The position numbers were made by a program, and so were the translations under genes. From positions 1,798,001 through 1,862,000 of the forward strand of contig JBHGNT010000003.1 of the NCBI GenBank assembly GCA_043228905.1: DNA of 64,000 nucleotides, read 5' to 3'. Positions 61,991-64,000 of this stretch are shown one piece after another (within the stretch, counting starts at the first letter, position 1; each line of letters opens with the position of its first letter). Under the pieces are notes generated by a model, which saw only the letters and a list, made by a program, of their open reading frames with translations, had not been told where the DNA came from and made no database searches. The DNA comes from Azolla caroliniana (Eukaryota; Plantae; Polypodiophyta).

Positions 61991-64000
61991 AAAGAAGAAA
62001 GAAAGAAAGGTGTATTAACGTCTTCTAAGGCCAAATTTGGCCCATGAGACAATTGGTTTACAACAATAGAGTATTTATCCAGTCATCATAACTAAAAATA
62101 AAATTAAGTAAAAAAAAATAAAAAAAATAGAACTTAAACTAAAAGAGTTCTAGTAGTGTACAATATGTAGTATACTCGAAAGTGACTATACACTAAGCCT
62201 AATTTTATTTCCACCCAAGCCTCTCGAAAAGAAGTGGGGGGTCAAAGGGTCTTGATGTGGGTTCCAATGTAGAGAGTGCCCTAGCCATGGCTTCTAGGCG
62301 GTGTAGCTCACGTTCCCTTATTTTCAATATTGCGTCCACATCACGTTGAGTTGTTTTGAAACCCGGCACCCGAGGACGTCTGGTTCTTCTCTGGTTTTCT
62401 GCCTCATCAATGGAAAGGCCGAGTGGTGCAAGTGTGTCGGCATTCGTTGTCTCCTCAGGTTCCTGAAAAACTGCATTTGTTACATGTTCGTGATCATTAG
62501 CAACATTATTGTCAACATTTTGTAATTTATTCTCTCTGTGTTGTTTTAGCTCTAGAATGTATTTGCCTAATTTCTTTATATCTAGAGTATCTAATAGTTT
62601 GGGGAGGGTGGGAGACGGACCAAGTATGTCTTGGTATTTTGCCCTTATCTCGGCATAGGTTGGACACTTGCAAGTAAAGTGGTACTCATCCTCTATCTCT
62701 ATGTGACATAACCTACATATCCTTTCTTCCCTAGGGACTCCACTAGTACGACCATTTTCAATCTCAAGTTGGTGAGATGATATTCTAAGTTGTCCAATGG
62801 CAACCCTTAGTGCATGTGGTAAGAATACATCTAGATATTTTGGCCGTGTGATAAAACCTAACTCAGAGAAGTGCATGAAGTGTTTCTTATAGTACGACAT
62901 TTTAGATGGGAGTGGCTCTAGTGGGGTGATCCATTTACACCGAGTGTAAATTTGCCATATTTCTTGGCGTATTACTTTATTGCGGTTCTCATGAGAGATT
63001 AATGTGTTATCACTCGTGTGGTTGTACCTAAGGGGAGGTAGGTTATTAATGTCTAGACCATTCGCAAGAAGCCAACTCACCATCATGCCATACCATGAGC
63101 TAGTATAGCCGGACTCATACAATGATCGAGAGGCCTTAAAGGCTTGATGAGATATTCTATCATGTGGTTGGCTATGTATCCTATCAATGAAGACTACAAG
63201 TTGAAAAAGTGCCTCTACTAGCATTGGGGGTAACGTGAACTCGGCCCTAATAATGTCATGTGGTACAGTCGATTTGCTTCGGAGTTGGCGTGATAGCATC
63301 ATCACCAATGGTCTCTCTAATTGCGTCCACATGAAGGATGGTAATCCTGGAGCCCAAACCGCAGATGCATACATGAGGGAGGGGGTCACTAATGAGTCAA
63401 AGAGCCACCCTTTAGTCCGTGGCTCTTGAAAGTGTGCTTGGTGGCATTGTCTCTCTAGGAGTGAGAGGGATGCATGTCCTCTCGTGAGTCTATCCTTCGC
63501 TGCCTGTGTCATCGAAAATTTACCTGAGCGGGCACTAAAAGTGACTCCGAGATATACGTACGATCCAACCACCTCGACTGGGCTATGGGAGATAGTTAGG
63601 TGACACTTAGCTCTAACTTGGGCCGATGTGTGGAAGATAAGGACTTTCGTTTTCCCTAGATTCACTACCAATCCTCGTTGTACACAAAAGTCATCTAAGG
63701 CATTGAGGTGCCTCTGTAGGTCGTGTTCGGATTCAGAGAGCAAAACTATGTCATCCGCATAGAGCAAGATACGAACCTGCGTATCCCCAAGGACCACTCC
63801 GGTGCCTCCCTCACGAGCAATAAAATCTGTGATCTCATCAATGTAAATCCCAAAAAGCGTCGGTGATAGGGGGCAACCTTGTTTTACACCAATAGTGCTA
63901 GTGAAACGATTGGATAGGCCACTTGGGCATCGGACACACCCGGACACTTGTTCATATAGTGCGTAGATGGCCCATACCATATCATCTGGTATCCTCAAGC
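61991..64000 (-). mobile_element. RTE/RTEX-type non-LTR retrotransposon in a GT90 intron; ORF open to the window edge
   Basis: ORF 63998-62205 followed by a ~200-bp 3' UTR ending in a (TTTC)n tail. Confidence 0.93.
62205..63998 (-). CDS. LINE ORF2 (reverse transcriptase plus C-terminal CCHC finger), N-terminus outside the window
   Basis: GVKQGCPLSPTLF, LLYADD, YVYLG and LRISSHQLEIENGR..ERICRLCHIEIEDEYHFTCKC. 597 aa with no stops. Confidence 0.93.
   Translation of the reverse strand: MRIPDDMVWAIYALYEQVSGCVRCPSGLSNRFTSTIGVKQGCPLSPTLFGIYIDEITDFIAREGGTGVVLGDTQVRILLYADDIVLLSESEHDLQRHLNALDDFCVQRGLVVNLGKTKVLIFHTSAQVRAKCHLTISHSPVEVVGSYVYLGVTFSARSGKFSMTQAAKDRLTRGHASLSLLERQCHQAHFQEPRTKGWLFDSLVTPSLMYASAVWAPGLPSFMWTQLERPLVMMLSRQLRSKSTVPHDIIRAEFTLPPMLVEALFQLVVFIDRIHSQPHDRISHQAFKASRSLYESGYTSSWYGMMVSWLLANGLDINNLPPLRYNHTSDNTLISHENRNKVIRQEIWQIYTRCKWITPLEPLPSKMSYYKKHFMHFSELGFITRPKYLDVFLPHALRVAIGQLRISSHQLEIENGRTSGVPREERICRLCHIEIEDEYHFTCKCPTYAEIRAKYQDILGPSPTLPKLLDTLDIKKLGKYILELKQHRENKLQNVDNNVANDHEHVTNAVFQEPEETTNADTLAPLGLSIDEAENQRRTRRPRVPGFKTTQRDVDAILKIRERELHRLEAMARALSTLEPTSRPFDPPLLFERLGWK

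Overview
AT-rich land-plant nuclear DNA, probably a fern-type genome (inferred from spliced genes with long TE-filled introns, PDV2 and a plastid rRNA insertion). Five genes could be assembled by hand from GT-AG junctions that keep the reading frame: an RWD+RING E3 ligase (RNF25-like, minus, 7 exons), a family-1 UDP-glycosyltransferase (minus, 2 exons) with a truncated duplicate beside it, PDV2 (minus, 2 exons), a TatD nuclease (plus, 12 exons, 8.4-kb intron 6) and the 5' part of a GT90/CAP10 glycosyltransferase (plus). The rest is transposon debris and repeats: hAT MITEs, a MULE-like relic, nested Ty1/Copia pieces, a Ty3/Gypsy remnant, L1 fragments, an RTE/RTEX-type LINE whose ORF is intact within the window, a plastid 23S rRNA fragment, tandem duplications and microsatellites. 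I cannot demonstrate a new multi-gene system. The best leads are the intact LINE with a C-terminal extension and dispersed tail-only copies, a 137-bp TG..CA element with perfect 19-bp TIRs and a 5-bp TSD, an ~810-bp intronic foldback, and a possible unannotated spliced locus at 9-11.5 kb. Family assignments come from recalled motifs, not from database searches.
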